From assembly GCA_027078545.1 (NCBI GenBank), contig JALWXN010000004.1:448001-512000 (forward strand): 64,000 bases of DNA. Direction: 5' to 3'. The position numbers and the translations under genes were made by a program. The notes below the pieces were generated by a model. It made no database searches. It saw only the letters and a list, made by a program, of their open reading frames with translations, and was not told the DNA's origin. Positions 10,570 through 19,955 of the stretch are shown one piece after another. Within the stretch, counting starts at the first letter, position 1. Each line of letters starts with the position of its first letter. The DNA is from Nitrososphaeria archaeon. GTDB taxonomy: Archaea; Thermoproteota; Nitrososphaeria; Geothermarchaeales; JDFR-13.

Positions 10570-11667
10570 ATGTCGAGTCTAAAGGCTCTAGGTGAGGCCC
10601 TGAAGTTCTGCAATACATCTGTGGATCTGGGTAGGGTTAATCCTGTGGTTCGCTTCCTGGTATCGGCCAGGATATGTGTGGTCTTCATGACGATATATGC
10701 GGTCTCTATAGGTGGTCTCCTAGCGTATCTAGCTGGTTCCTTCGACCCACTCCTGTTTACGGTGATACTTATCCTATTCGTCCTCCTACACCTCGCGGAT
10801 AACCTCCTCAACGACCTGAGCGACTATGGCAAGGGTATTGATACCGCTGGATATGTAAGGGTCTCCTATGCTCCCCACCCCGTTATGCAGGGCCTCCTCT
10901 CGACGGGGGTGATCAAGGGCTATGTTGCGGCCTCACTCCTGGCATCTGCCCTACTAGCTCTCTACCTAGGTCTTACGAGGTCTCCACTCGTCCCAATATT
11001 GGCTGGGATAGGCGGCTTCATAATGCTTGGGTATAGCGGTATACCAATCGACCTTAAGAGGCTGGGCCTGGGTGAGGTCGGGGTATTCATAGTATGGGGC
11101 GTGGTGATGGCTGGAGGTACGTATACGGCTCTGACTGGTATGCCCCCAATCATCGAGGCGCTTGTATACACCCCCTATGGTATTGTGGTCTCCCTTGTCC
11201 TGATAGGTAAGCATCTCGATAAGTATGAGATGGATCGTGAGAAGGGTGTTAAGACCCTACCGGTCAGGCTGGGTATGGATAGGACACTCTTCATGGCTAG
11301 GGTGATGAGTATTTCCGCACCCCTCCTAGCCGCGGCCGGGATCTACCTATACACTGGTAATCCCCTGGCACTGCTGAGCCTACTTGCATACCCAGCCTCC
11401 TATACTGCGTATAGGGCCTTCACCCTGGGTAGGCCGAGGGAGAGGCTGGCTGAGTGGAGGATATGGCCCCTCTGGTTCGCGGCCTGGAGCTATCTCGCCC
11501 TCGACGCACTGGGGAGGTATATAGTGGCGAGCCTATTATCGATAGCCCTATACCTCTCAATGGGTGCACTGGCATCTGGCATATTGGCGGGGCTCACAGT
11601 CCTGATGGGGTATAAGGATCTTAAGGCGTCTAGGTGGTATATCGAGAGGTTCCTAAGTGGCTGGTGA
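10570..11667 (+). CDS. UbiA/MenA-family prenyltransferase
   Basis: NLLNDLSDY.KGID, GLGE and D...GVKTLPVRLG motifs. Confidence 0.85.
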   Translation: MSSLKALGEALKFCNTSVDLGRVNPVVRFLVSARICVVFMTIYAVSIGGLLAYLAGSFDPLLFTVILILFVLLHLADNLLNDLSDYGKGIDTAGYVRVSYAPHPVMQGLLSTGVIKGYVAASLLASALLALYLGLTRSPLVPILAGIGGFIMLGYSGIPIDLKRLGLGEVGVFIVWGVVMAGGTYTALTGMPPIIEALVYTPYGIVVSLVLIGKHLDKYEMDREKGVKTLPVRLGMDRTLFMARVMSISAPLLAAAGIYLYTGNPLALLSLLAYPASYTAYRAFTLGRPRERLAEWRIWPLWFAAWSYLALDALGRYIVASLLSIALYLSMGALASGILAGLTVLMGYKDLKASRWYIERFLSGW

Positions 11668-12293
11668 TGGGCTTCACAACCTATCTCCGCCAGAACCTGG
11701 GGGGCATCCTTCTATACATCTCCCTAGCTATACTCACGTGGAGGATACATGACTATCTACACCTCCTCCTGGGTATGGAGGTCGTGGGCTTCGAGTCGTA
11801 TATAGGGGCTGGGGATCCGATCCCATCTATACTCCCTTTGGTCTTCACAGCCATGGTGGCACTTGTGGGCGCCGTCCTGGTGGCTAGGGCGTCGGGTCTC
11901 CTAATGGTTGCGGGGTACTACCTCATACTCTTCAACTCAACGGTTAACCTACTAGTCCTGCCACGGTATCTAGTCCCCCTCGGTGGGCCCTATGGATTGG
12001 AGGCTCTGGCTAGGCTGGGCGTCTCACTCCCCCTTATCCCCCTATTGATCCTTGTCTCTAGGATGCCTAGGCTCGGCCTCAAGCCTAGCTGTGCATTCTG
12101 GCTCTCCGTATTGACCCTGGCTACGGTGGCTGGTGGCGTCTTCCTGGGCATCGCTACGTGGATCCTCTATGAGACGGGTTTCTGCGAACCGTTGGCAGGG
12201 ATGCTTAGCTGTGGCGTCGCCTTCGACATTGGGGCATTGTTGATACTCCCGCCAGCCACTCGGTGGGCCCTGGCCAGGTGGCTATCGGACTAG
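11634..12293 (+). CDS. Hypothetical membrane protein (true start probably ~11667)
   Basis: Multiple hydrophobic segments; overlaps upstream stop. Confidence 0.6.
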   Translation: MVYREVPKWLVMGFTTYLRQNLGGILLYISLAILTWRIHDYLHLLLGMEVVGFESYIGAGDPIPSILPLVFTAMVALVGAVLVARASGLLMVAGYYLILFNSTVNLLVLPRYLVPLGGPYGLEALARLGVSLPLIPLLILVSRMPRLGLKPSCAFWLSVLTLATVAGGVFLGIATWILYETGFCEPLAGMLSCGVAFDIGALLILPPATRWALARWLSD

Positions 12294-13033
12294 CGCCTCT
12301 TCTCTATAAACCGCTTCATAAGTTCCTGGGCCTCACTGGTGGCCATTAGCCTGGCCAGCTCCTCCTCTGCCTCGGGGTCTATCAACATGGCCTTATACCT
12401 ATTGACTATCCTCTTTATACTCCTAAGGGTCTCCAGGGGTATCCCCAGCGTCTCCCTAGCAATCTCCACCGCCCTGGCCACTGGGTCCTCGCTTATCTCG
12501 TCGATCAGCCCTATGGATAGTGCCTCCTCGCTCGTGAGCCTCCTACCGGTCAGGCTGAGGTAGATGCTCCTCCTAAGCCCTATGACGGATGGCCCGGCCG
12601 ATAGCATCAAGGGTGGTGAGAGGCCTATATATGCCTCTGGCACGGAGAATGTTGATCTCGGTGAGGCTACCACGCCGTCCATCAGGAGGAGTATCTCACA
12701 TCCAGCCCCGAATGCATAGCCGTCAACGGCTGCGAATATCGGTGTCTCGTAGCTGGCCACCGCCTCCAGTAGGGGCTTTATCAGGCCCATGACGATGTAT
12801 CGGGTGTCCCTGATGTCTCTGGCCTCGGCCATCATGTAGATATCGTCTCCAGCCGAGAATGCCCTCCCGCTCCCCGTCACGACTGCTGGGTACTTCCCAC
12901 TATACCTCCTAAGTATCCTTGTAAGCTCTATCCACATCTCCTCGTCCAATGCGTTGAGCTTCTCCGGCCTGTTGAGGGTTATCCTGAGCACCCCATCCTC
13001 GACACTGTGTAGGACCTTCCCGGTCATACACAT
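12290..13033 (-). CDS. Enoyl-CoA hydratase/isomerase
   Basis: TLNRPEKLNAL, AFSAGDD, GAGCE, PEA motifs. Confidence 0.9.
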   Translation of the reverse strand: MCMTGKVLHSVEDGVLRITLNRPEKLNALDEEMWIELTRILRRYSGKYPAVVTGSGRAFSAGDDIYMMAEARDIRDTRYIVMGLIKPLLEAVASYETPIFAAVDGYAFGAGCEILLLMDGVVASPRSTFSVPEAYIGLSPPLMLSAGPSVIGLRRSIYLSLTGRRLTSEEALSIGLIDEISEDPVARAVEIARETLGIPLETLRSIKRIVNRYKAMLIDPEAEEELARLMATSEAQELMKRFIEKRR

Positions 13034-13114
13034 ATATTCAGGAGCCAGCTGGGATAAGCTCTAGCCCCAGCGTTATAGCTACGGGGCCATATTATGGTGT
13101 AGGGGGTGTAGAGG

Positions 13115-13531
13115 GTGGCCAGGTTCCCCTCGATGGAGTGGGCCGAGGAGTTCTGCCGCGAGGTCAACGGATCGGAGGAGTATCGGCGGGCTGCGAAGGG
13201 ATGGGTATGGCCGATACTATTCATAGTCGAGGATATCCCCGAGGACGTCCTCCCTGAGGGGCCTAGGAGGCTAGGCCTATACGTGGATCTTGAGGATGGG
13301 GCCTGTAAAGGTGTCTCGCTGGTGGAGGATCCTGACTCTGTGGATGCTCCCTTCGTGATAGCGGCTCCGTATAGGGAGTGGGTAGAGCTTATCAGGGGTG
13401 GCCTAGACCCTATCAAGGCCCTAGTCACTAGGAGGCTCCGCCTCGTCAAGGGGAGCTTCTCCACCGTTCTTAGATATCCCAAGGCAGCTATCGAGCTTGT
13501 ACGCCTTGCCCAGGAGGTGGGTCTGGAGTGA
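13115..13531 (+). CDS. SCP2 sterol/lipid-binding domain protein
   Basis: FPSxEW N-terminus and GLDPIKAL...L.G motif. Confidence 0.8.
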   Translation: MARFPSMEWAEEFCREVNGSEEYRRAAKGWVWPILFIVEDIPEDVLPEGPRRLGLYVDLEDGACKGVSLVEDPDSVDAPFVIAAPYREWVELIRGGLDPIKALVTRRLRLVKGSFSTVLRYPKAAIELVRLAQEVGLE

Positions 13532-14589
13532 AGGCAGCAGTCCTCCATGGATATGGGGAGGAGCTAGTAATTGAGGAGGTAGATGTCCCTAGGCCCCGTG
13601 GGGAGGAGGTCTTGATAAGGGTTAGGGGTGCAGGGGTATGCCACAGCGACCTACACCTGATGGATGGGGAGTTTGGGGATGAGCTCCCAGCGACCTTTCC
13701 ACTTGTCCTTGGCCATGAGGTCTCAGGCGTTGTCGAGGAGGCTGGTGAGGCGGCCTCTCTCCAGGTGTCGCCGGGTGACGAGGTCCTTGTATACAGCTTC
13801 TACTGTATGGGTGAGGATAGATACTCGGTGAAGGGGCTGCACCAGATCTGTGGCCTTAGGACGCCGGCAGGGGTTGTAATGTTCAATGGGGGCTTCGCCG
13901 AGTATATGCTGGTCCCCAGCTATAGATATCTCGTCCGTGTCAACGGCATCAAGGATTTGGAGTCCGCGGCTATACTTGCTGATGCTGGGCTGACCGCCTA
14001 TAGGGCTGTTAAGAAGGCGGCTAGGTATCTCGACCCAGACGAGCCGATACTGATAGTCGGTCTTGGAGGGACCGGCCTATTTGGACTAGCAGTAGCTAGG
14101 CTCCTCCTCCCGAACCCCGTAGTGGCTGTGGATATTAATCCGAGGAAGGTTGAGCAGGCCGCCGAGATAGTTGGGCTTAGGGAGGGGATCGACCACCTTA
14201 TAGACGGGTCCAGCACCGATCCTAGGAGGGAGGTTCTGACCCTGCTAGACGGCTCGTCTCCCAAGGCTGTTATAGACTTCGTGGGGCTGGAGAAGACTAT
14301 TGAGGACTATCTACCCCTAGTGGCTCCTGAGGGGGTCTATGTACTGGTGGGCCTTGGGAGTAGGTATGGACCCCGGATACCTAGCCACCACATGATTATT
14401 AACGAGGTGACCCTCACGACGGTGCTCTACGGGAGCCTCCCCGACCTACATGAGCTTGCCTCCCTGGGCCTGAAGGGATTGATACCCTATTGGAGGATGA
14501 CTGAGAAGGTTGGGTTAGACGAGATTAACGAGGCCTTCAGAAGGCTTAGGGAGGGGAGGGCGATGAAGAGGCAGATAGTCGTCCCCTAG
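13528..14589 (+). CDS. Zn-dependent (MDR) alcohol dehydrogenase
   Basis: GVCHSD, GHE, DAGLTAY and GLGGTG motifs. Confidence 0.9.
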   Translation: MKAAVLHGYGEELVIEEVDVPRPRGEEVLIRVRGAGVCHSDLHLMDGEFGDELPATFPLVLGHEVSGVVEEAGEAASLQVSPGDEVLVYSFYCMGEDRYSVKGLHQICGLRTPAGVVMFNGGFAEYMLVPSYRYLVRVNGIKDLESAAILADAGLTAYRAVKKAARYLDPDEPILIVGLGGTGLFGLAVARLLLPNPVVAVDINPRKVEQAAEIVGLREGIDHLIDGSSTDPRREVLTLLDGSSPKAVIDFVGLEKTIEDYLPLVAPEGVYVLVGLGSRYGPRIPSHHMIINEVTLTTVLYGSLPDLHELASLGLKGLIPYWRMTEKVGLDEINEAFRRLREGRAMKRQIVVP

Positions 14590-14595
14590 CCCCTC

Positions 14596-15150
14596 CTACT
14601 CCTTCTCCGCCTCCCTATGTAGCTCGCCCAGTAGCTTGGAGACCTCCTCCATCTTGAGGGCCTTGCCCACAGCACCCTTGAACGTCTCGAGTATGACGTG
14701 CTCGATGAAGTGCTGGGTGTAGCAGTAGGGACATGGCTTTAGGCTCTTAGCAACGCTTATAAGCTCGTCCCTCCTCCTATCCACAAGCTTCTTAATAGCC
14801 TTGACGACCTCTGGGGACACCTCATCTATCAGGGGCTGGATAAGCTCAGATATGTCCTCTGGCTCCTCATATAGATAGACGTTCTTGGAAGGCGCGTAGT
14901 ACTTCAGTACGCCTCCCCTAACCTCCTCCACCTTGACCAGCCTGATCAGCCCACTATCCCTGAGGACCTTCAGGTGATACCTGATCGCGTTTATACTCTT
15001 GTTGATCCCCCTCCTCCTCAGCTCCTCCTGGATGTCCTGTACACTCATGGGTCTCTCGCTGAGCATGTCGAGGATAGCGACCCTCACGTGGTCTGAGAGG
15101 GCCTTCACCTCGTCCAGCCTGAATACGTGGGGTATACTCATCCTATGCAC
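14596..15150 (-). CDS. ArsR-type wHTH regulator with C-terminal CPYC/His motif (probable copper regulator)
   Basis: KALSDHVRVAIL...YHLKVL..SGLI; CPYCYTQHFIEH; divergent from copA. Confidence 0.8.
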   Translation of the reverse strand: MHRMSIPHVFRLDEVKALSDHVRVAILDMLSERPMSVQDIQEELRRRGINKSINAIRYHLKVLRDSGLIRLVKVEEVRGGVLKYYAPSKNVYLYEEPEDISELIQPLIDEVSPEVVKAIKKLVDRRRDELISVAKSLKPCPYCYTQHFIEHVILETFKGAVGKALKMEEVSKLLGELHREAEKE

Positions 15151-15188
15151 CTCGCCACTAAATCTGTGTCCCGTGAAAAAATTTATAT

Positions 15189-15214
15189 ACCACTACAAAC
15201 CTATTTGTAGTGGT
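15189..15214. promoter_or_regulatory. Operator: perfect 11-bp inverted repeat downstream of the copA TATA box
   Basis: ACCACTACAAA-CCTA-TTTGTAGTGGT directly after TTTATATA (15182-15189). Confidence 0.75.
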
Positions 15215-15223
15215 TGTCCAGAG

Positions 15224-17659
15224 ATGACGGAGAACCAGGAGCAGAGGACCAAGGTCCGTGAGAGGATCAAGATCATAGGTATGCACTGCGCAACCTGTGC
15301 AGTAACTATTGAGAAGACATCTAAGCAGCTCCCAGGGGTTGAGAATGTAAGTGTGAGCCTGGCCCAGGAGGAGGCCGTGGTTGAGTATGACCCCTATAGC
15401 GTCTCCCTGAAGGACTTGGTGAAGGCCGTCAGGAAGGTTGGCTACGACGTATATAAGGAGGAGGCTAGGCTGATAGTTGAGAACCTCTCCTCCCCGGACG
15501 ACGAGTCCCTGATCGAGAGTACACTATCTAGGATGCCCGGGGTGATAGACGTCAAGTCTTCCCACATATCCAAGGTTGTCTATGTAACGATAAACCCCTT
15601 CACCACGAGCTTCGAGGATGTTAAGGCGAAGCTGGAGGAGCTGGGCTATAGGGTGAAGGAGGTCGATACAAAGGCGGATGTGGAGGATATTGAGCGTAAG
15701 ATTATTGAGGAGGAGCTCAGGACCCTCAAGAGGCATGTCATCCTGAGCCTAGGCCTAGGCATCCCCCTAATGATCTACGTATTACTACCCGTCTTCGGGA
15801 TAGAGCAGCCGCTGAAGGAGTTCAGCGGTTGGATAGGCTTCCTGCTCAGTACACCTGTGGTCTTCATAGCTGGTAGGCGGTTCTATCTCGGGGCATATAG
15901 GGCACTTAGGAATGGCGTTGCGAATATGGATACCCTTGTAGCCCTTGGCACGGGGGCTGCATACGTCTTCAGCACAGCGGCCCTACTAGGCCTCGTCGAG
16001 GCTGAGGAGGTCTTCTTCGAGGCCGCAGCTGTGGTGATAGGCTTCATACTCCTTGGCAGATACCTAGAGGTCAAGATGAAGCTGAGGACTGGCGAGGCTG
16101 TCAGGAAGCTTATGGAGCTGCAGGCTGGTAAGGCCAGGGTTATCAGGGATGGGGAGGAGGTGGAGCTCCCCATTGATGAGGTGAGGGTTAAGGACGTAGT
16201 CGTTGTCAGGCCTGGGGAGAAGATCCCTGTAGATGGTATCATTGTGGAGGGCTCCGGATACGTGAATGAGTCCATGCTTACTGGGGAGAGTATACCCGTC
16301 TATAAGAAGGAGAGGGACCCCGTCTACGCGGGGACGATCCTGGAGAACGGCTATATAAAAGTTATAGCAACCCGGGTAGGTAGGGAGACCGTCCTATCCC
16401 AGATAATTAAGCTGGTTAGGTATGCTCAGTCGGCGAAGCCACCTATACAGAAGACGGTGGATAGGATATCAGGGATATTCACCTGGCTCGTGATCGGGAT
16501 AGCTATAACGACGTTCTCCATATGGTACTTCTACCTTGGCGTGGGACTCAGCAAGGCACTCCTATTCACGGCATCTGTACTACTCATCTCATGCCCATGT
16601 GCCCTCGGCCTCGCTGCCCCGACAGCAATCATAGTAGGTGTGGGAAAGGCCGCTGAGAAGGGTATCATCATAAGAAACATAGATGTCCTGGAGAAGGTGG
16701 ATGAGCTGACTGTCTTCGTATTCGACAAGACAGGTACCCTAACCATAGGTAAGCCCCAGGTGACGAGTATAAGGGCCTATAACGGATTCGAGGAGGAGTC
16801 TGTACTTAGGCTCGCAGCTATAGCAGAGAAGGGGAGTGAACATCCGATTGGAAAAGCCATTATAGAGGCCGCTGAGAAGCGTGGCCTCGAGCTGGGTGAG
16901 CCCGAGTCCTTCGACTACATCCCTGGACAGGGGATCTACGCTGTGATCGATGGCAAGACGGTGGTGGTTGGTAACGAGAAGCTGATGAAGGGATTCGAGA
17001 TCGATGTAGAGGCGTCTCAGGAGGACGTCTCGAGGCTTAGGGACGAGGGGATGACCGTTGTATATGTAGCCGTCGACGGCGTCCTAGCGGGAATCGTGGC
17101 GGTGGCTGATGTCTTGAAGGATGATAGTGTAGAGACTATTAACAGGCTTAGGGAGATGGGATACAGGATAGTCATGCTAACTGGTGACCATAGGAGGACG
17201 GCTGAAGCAATAGCCAGGAAGCTGGGTATAGACGAGGTCTACGCAGAGGTGAGCCCCGAGGATAAGGCGGATAAGGTAAGGGAACTTCAGAGGCGTGGTG
17301 AAAAGGTGGCCATGGTTGGTGATGGCGTAAATGATGCCCCCAGCCTTACACAGGCGGATGTAGGCTTCGCCATGGGTAGTGGGAGCGACATAGCTAAGGA
17401 GGCTGGAGACGTCATCATAGTGGGCAGCCGTATAATGGCTGTTGTACAGTCGATAAGGATAAGCAGGATGATCAAGAGGAAGATAAAGTTCAACCTCTTC
17501 TGGGCATTCATATACAACACGCTCTTGATACCAGTGGCCGCTGGAATACTATATCCACTAGGGATCATACTGCGCCCCGAGCACGCGGGCTTCGCCATGG
17601 CTATGAGCTCGATATCAGTGACTAGCAACAGCCTAAGGATGAATATTCCCGAGGAGTAG
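15224..17659 (+). CDS. copA: Cu(I)-translocating P1B-type ATPase
   Basis: GMHCATC, TGES, CPC, DKTGT, SEHP, GDGVND, YN and MAMSS motifs; start ATG 15224. Confidence 0.95.
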   Translation: MTENQEQRTKVRERIKIIGMHCATCAVTIEKTSKQLPGVENVSVSLAQEEAVVEYDPYSVSLKDLVKAVRKVGYDVYKEEARLIVENLSSPDDESLIESTLSRMPGVIDVKSSHISKVVYVTINPFTTSFEDVKAKLEELGYRVKEVDTKADVEDIERKIIEEELRTLKRHVILSLGLGIPLMIYVLLPVFGIEQPLKEFSGWIGFLLSTPVVFIAGRRFYLGAYRALRNGVANMDTLVALGTGAAYVFSTAALLGLVEAEEVFFEAAAVVIGFILLGRYLEVKMKLRTGEAVRKLMELQAGKARVIRDGEEVELPIDEVRVKDVVVVRPGEKIPVDGIIVEGSGYVNESMLTGESIPVYKKERDPVYAGTILENGYIKVIATRVGRETVLSQIIKLVRYAQSAKPPIQKTVDRISGIFTWLVIGIAITTFSIWYFYLGVGLSKALLFTASVLLISCPCALGLAAPTAIIVGVGKAAEKGIIIRNIDVLEKVDELTVFVFDKTGTLTIGKPQVTSIRAYNGFEEESVLRLAAIAEKGSEHPIGKAIIEAAEKRGLELGEPESFDYIPGQGIYAVIDGKTVVVGNEKLMKGFEIDVEASQEDVSRLRDEGMTVVYVAVDGVLAGIVAVADVLKDDSVETINRLREMGYRIVMLTGDHRRTAEAIARKLGIDEVYAEVSPEDKADKVRELQRRGEKVAMVGDGVNDAPSLTQADVGFAMGSGSDIAKEAGDVIIVGSRIMAVVQSIRISRMIKRKIKFNLFWAFIYNTLLIPVAAGILYPLGIILRPEHAGFAMAMSSISVTSNSLRMNIPEE

Positions 17660-17723
17660 GGCTAAGCACGACAAAAACATTTTTATCGGTTTAAATCTTT
17701 TTGTAGCCAGTTGAATATGTGAG

Positions 17724-18014
17724 GTGTTCAATATGCCTATCGACCCTGTCTGTGGGATGGAGGTAGAGCCTTCTACAGCAGCTGCGAAGACTGTCTACAA
17801 GGGTACGATCTACTACTTCTGTAGCCCAATGTGTAAGAAGGCCTTCGAGGAGAGGCCTGACTACTACCTTGAGCATGGTCCCCAGGGTATGCCAGGTATG
17901 GAGGGTCATGGTGGGCATGGCCATCATGGACAGCATGGCCATCATCATGGGCATCATGGGCATCACCATGAGGAGGAGCATAAGGGCGGCGGTGGCTGTG
18001 GCTGCTGCTCCTAG
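17724..18014 (+). CDS. YHS/TRASH metallochaperone with His-rich and Cys-rich tail (likely start ATG 17733)
   Basis: DPVCGMEV...YYFCSxxCK; (GHH)n tail; ends CGCCS. Confidence 0.85.
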   Translation: MFNMPIDPVCGMEVEPSTAAAKTVYKGTIYYFCSPMCKKAFEERPDYYLEHGPQGMPGMEGHGGHGHHGQHGHHHGHHGHHHEEEHKGGGGCGCCS

Positions 18015-18019
18015 GCTGG

Positions 18020-18763
18020 TCAGTAGCTCTCCTCTGGCCCTGGGTAGCGCCCGGTCAGTATGTCTCTAACCAGGCTCTCCACCCCCTTTCTACCAATCTC
18101 TATAAGGTCTACATACCTCTTCACAAACTTGGGTGTGAATCCTGGGTAGAGGCCTAGGAAGTCGTAGATTACTAGTATATGGCCGTCTACATTTGGGCCG
18201 GCGCCCACCCCGATGACTGGTATCTCGAGCTCCTCAGCTATCCTCCCAGCTATACCTGTCTCGACGAGCTCCAGCTTAACCATCTCAGCCCCTCTATACT
18301 CGGCCTCCCTAGCCATCTCCAGGAGCTTCGCACCCTCGTCGCCCCTCACGACTCTGGGTCTATCCATGTATTTCGGTGTGTAGCCTAGGTGTACTATGTA
18401 GGGTATCCCGGCCCTGGCAAGAGCATCCCAGGTTCTGGGCCAGTAACCCTCCACGACTACTCCGTAGCCCCCTTCCTCGACGACTCTTCTACTGTTCTCG
18501 ACGGCCCTCCCGGGCTCCTCATATGTCCCTATTGGTAGGTCGACGTATATGGGCTTATCCCTTATTACGCTCAGCACTGCCCTGAGGTGGTATAGAGAGT
18601 CCCCGAGCCTAGTGTCCCTAACACTTCCACGTTTAAACACCATCCCTAGGCTGTCGCCTATGACTATGAAGTCCACCTCATCGATATCCCTGACCATCTC
18701 CGCCGTGAAGGGGTCGTATAGGGAGAACCCTATCAATGGCCTCTTACCACTGGCTATAGGCAT
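18020..18763 (-). CDS. panB: Ketopantoate hydroxymethyltransferase (divergent)
   Basis: YD, GDSLGM, DLP, HLGYTP, IGVGAG..VDG.ILV.YD, PKFVK. Confidence 0.8.
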   Translation of the reverse strand: MPIASGKRPLIGFSLYDPFTAEMVRDIDEVDFIVIGDSLGMVFKRGSVRDTRLGDSLYHLRAVLSVIRDKPIYVDLPIGTYEEPGRAVENSRRVVEEGGYGVVVEGYWPRTWDALARAGIPYIVHLGYTPKYMDRPRVVRGDEGAKLLEMAREAEYRGAEMVKLELVETGIAGRIAEELEIPVIGVGAGPNVDGHILVIYDFLGLYPGFTPKFVKRYVDLIEIGRKGVESLVRDILTGRYPGPEESY

Positions 18764-18815
18764 CTCTATACACCGCCTATCCGGATTAAAATTGCATTAG
18801 GGGGATTATTTCCCT

Positions 18816-19910
18816 ATGCAGGATCTCTTGAGGTGGGACATCGCCTCGGGCATACTCACTCTCGCTGGTGTGTTGACGCTGATAAATGTTCCCAACCCCT
18901 TCGTCGGGTATGGCCTGATCATCCCCGCCATGATAATCTCCTCGCTACACCCAGTGAGGGGGAGGGGTGGCCTGATCTTCGCTGCTGTCCACCTCCTCGG
19001 GGCGGCTATACTTATCTATACGGCCTCGATGTTCGCGCTGGTCGTGGTTCTAAGCCTCGTATTCAGGTCTGCCACAGTCTTCCTCGTGAATAGGTATGGC
19101 GGCCTAGGCTTCCTGACAACCTCTCTACTGATAGTCCTTCTCGATACGCTCATCGCGCTCTCACTAGGCCTCGCCTATTTTGGTAGGGACGCTATAGACG
19201 TTGGACTGGATATCCATAGCGCCTTCCTCATACCCTTCACACACCTCATCTATAAGGGGCTTAGGGATGGGAAGAACAGCCTTGTATATATAGGCTCCAT
19301 ATCCATGGCTGGCTACTTCCTCGGGATCTCTTATTTCCCAGCCCTCCTACTTGTTGCGGCTTCACTAGTCGGCCTGGGGATCGGCTACTTCTCACAGATG
19401 GATAGGGCCTCCACAGTCCTGGCAACACTCCTAGTCATTGGGGGAGCCCTAGCCTCTACCCCTACGCTACTATATACTCTCCAGGTGGTGGCCTACCCCT
19501 TGCAGCCAGCCTCATGGACTGGTGAGCAGTGGATGAACCCCGGTGCGGAGGAGCCTTGTAAGGAGTTTGTTATGGATGGTGTCTGGGGCCCTGAGAGGCT
19601 ACGGATAGTAGATGGCTGCGTAACTGTCGAGGGTGTAGTGGTTAGCCATCCCAACACGGTGGAGGATGGGGATATAGTCTTCGATATAGAGCTTGACCCT
19701 GAGTATAGATACATGCTTAGCACCGGGTCATACGTATTGAGGAAGGGGTATATCCATGTAGAGATAGTCCCTCTGGATAGGGATGAGGTCTACGTCCCTA
19801 AGAAGGGTGAACGGGTAAGGATAACCGGTGCATGGGTAGTGGACACTGATCATGGGTCCTGGGCGGAGATACACCCTGCATGGAGGATAGAGGTCATCGA
19901 GGAGGCCTAG
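18816..19910 (+). CDS. Polytopic membrane protein with uncharacterised C-terminal soluble domain
   Basis: About 7-8 hydrophobic segments, then DGD...HVEIVP...WVVDTDHG.WAEIHP domain. Confidence 0.7.
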   Translation: MQDLLRWDIASGILTLAGVLTLINVPNPFVGYGLIIPAMIISSLHPVRGRGGLIFAAVHLLGAAILIYTASMFALVVVLSLVFRSATVFLVNRYGGLGFLTTSLLIVLLDTLIALSLGLAYFGRDAIDVGLDIHSAFLIPFTHLIYKGLRDGKNSLVYIGSISMAGYFLGISYFPALLLVAASLVGLGIGYFSQMDRASTVLATLLVIGGALASTPTLLYTLQVVAYPLQPASWTGEQWMNPGAEEPCKEFVMDGVWGPERLRIVDGCVTVEGVVVSHPNTVEDGDIVFDIELDPEYRYMLSTGSYVLRKGYIHVEIVPLDRDEVYVPKKGERVRITGAWVVDTDHGSWAEIHPAWRIEVIEEA

Positions 19911-19955
19911 CCTTATTTCCACCTACACAAAATATCTTTATCTGGTTGTCGGGAG

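Noticed and set aside
14999-15223. 75-aa N-terminal extension of CopA in the ORF track
   Set aside because: Overlaps the divergent regulator, TATA box and operator; the real start is ATG 15224
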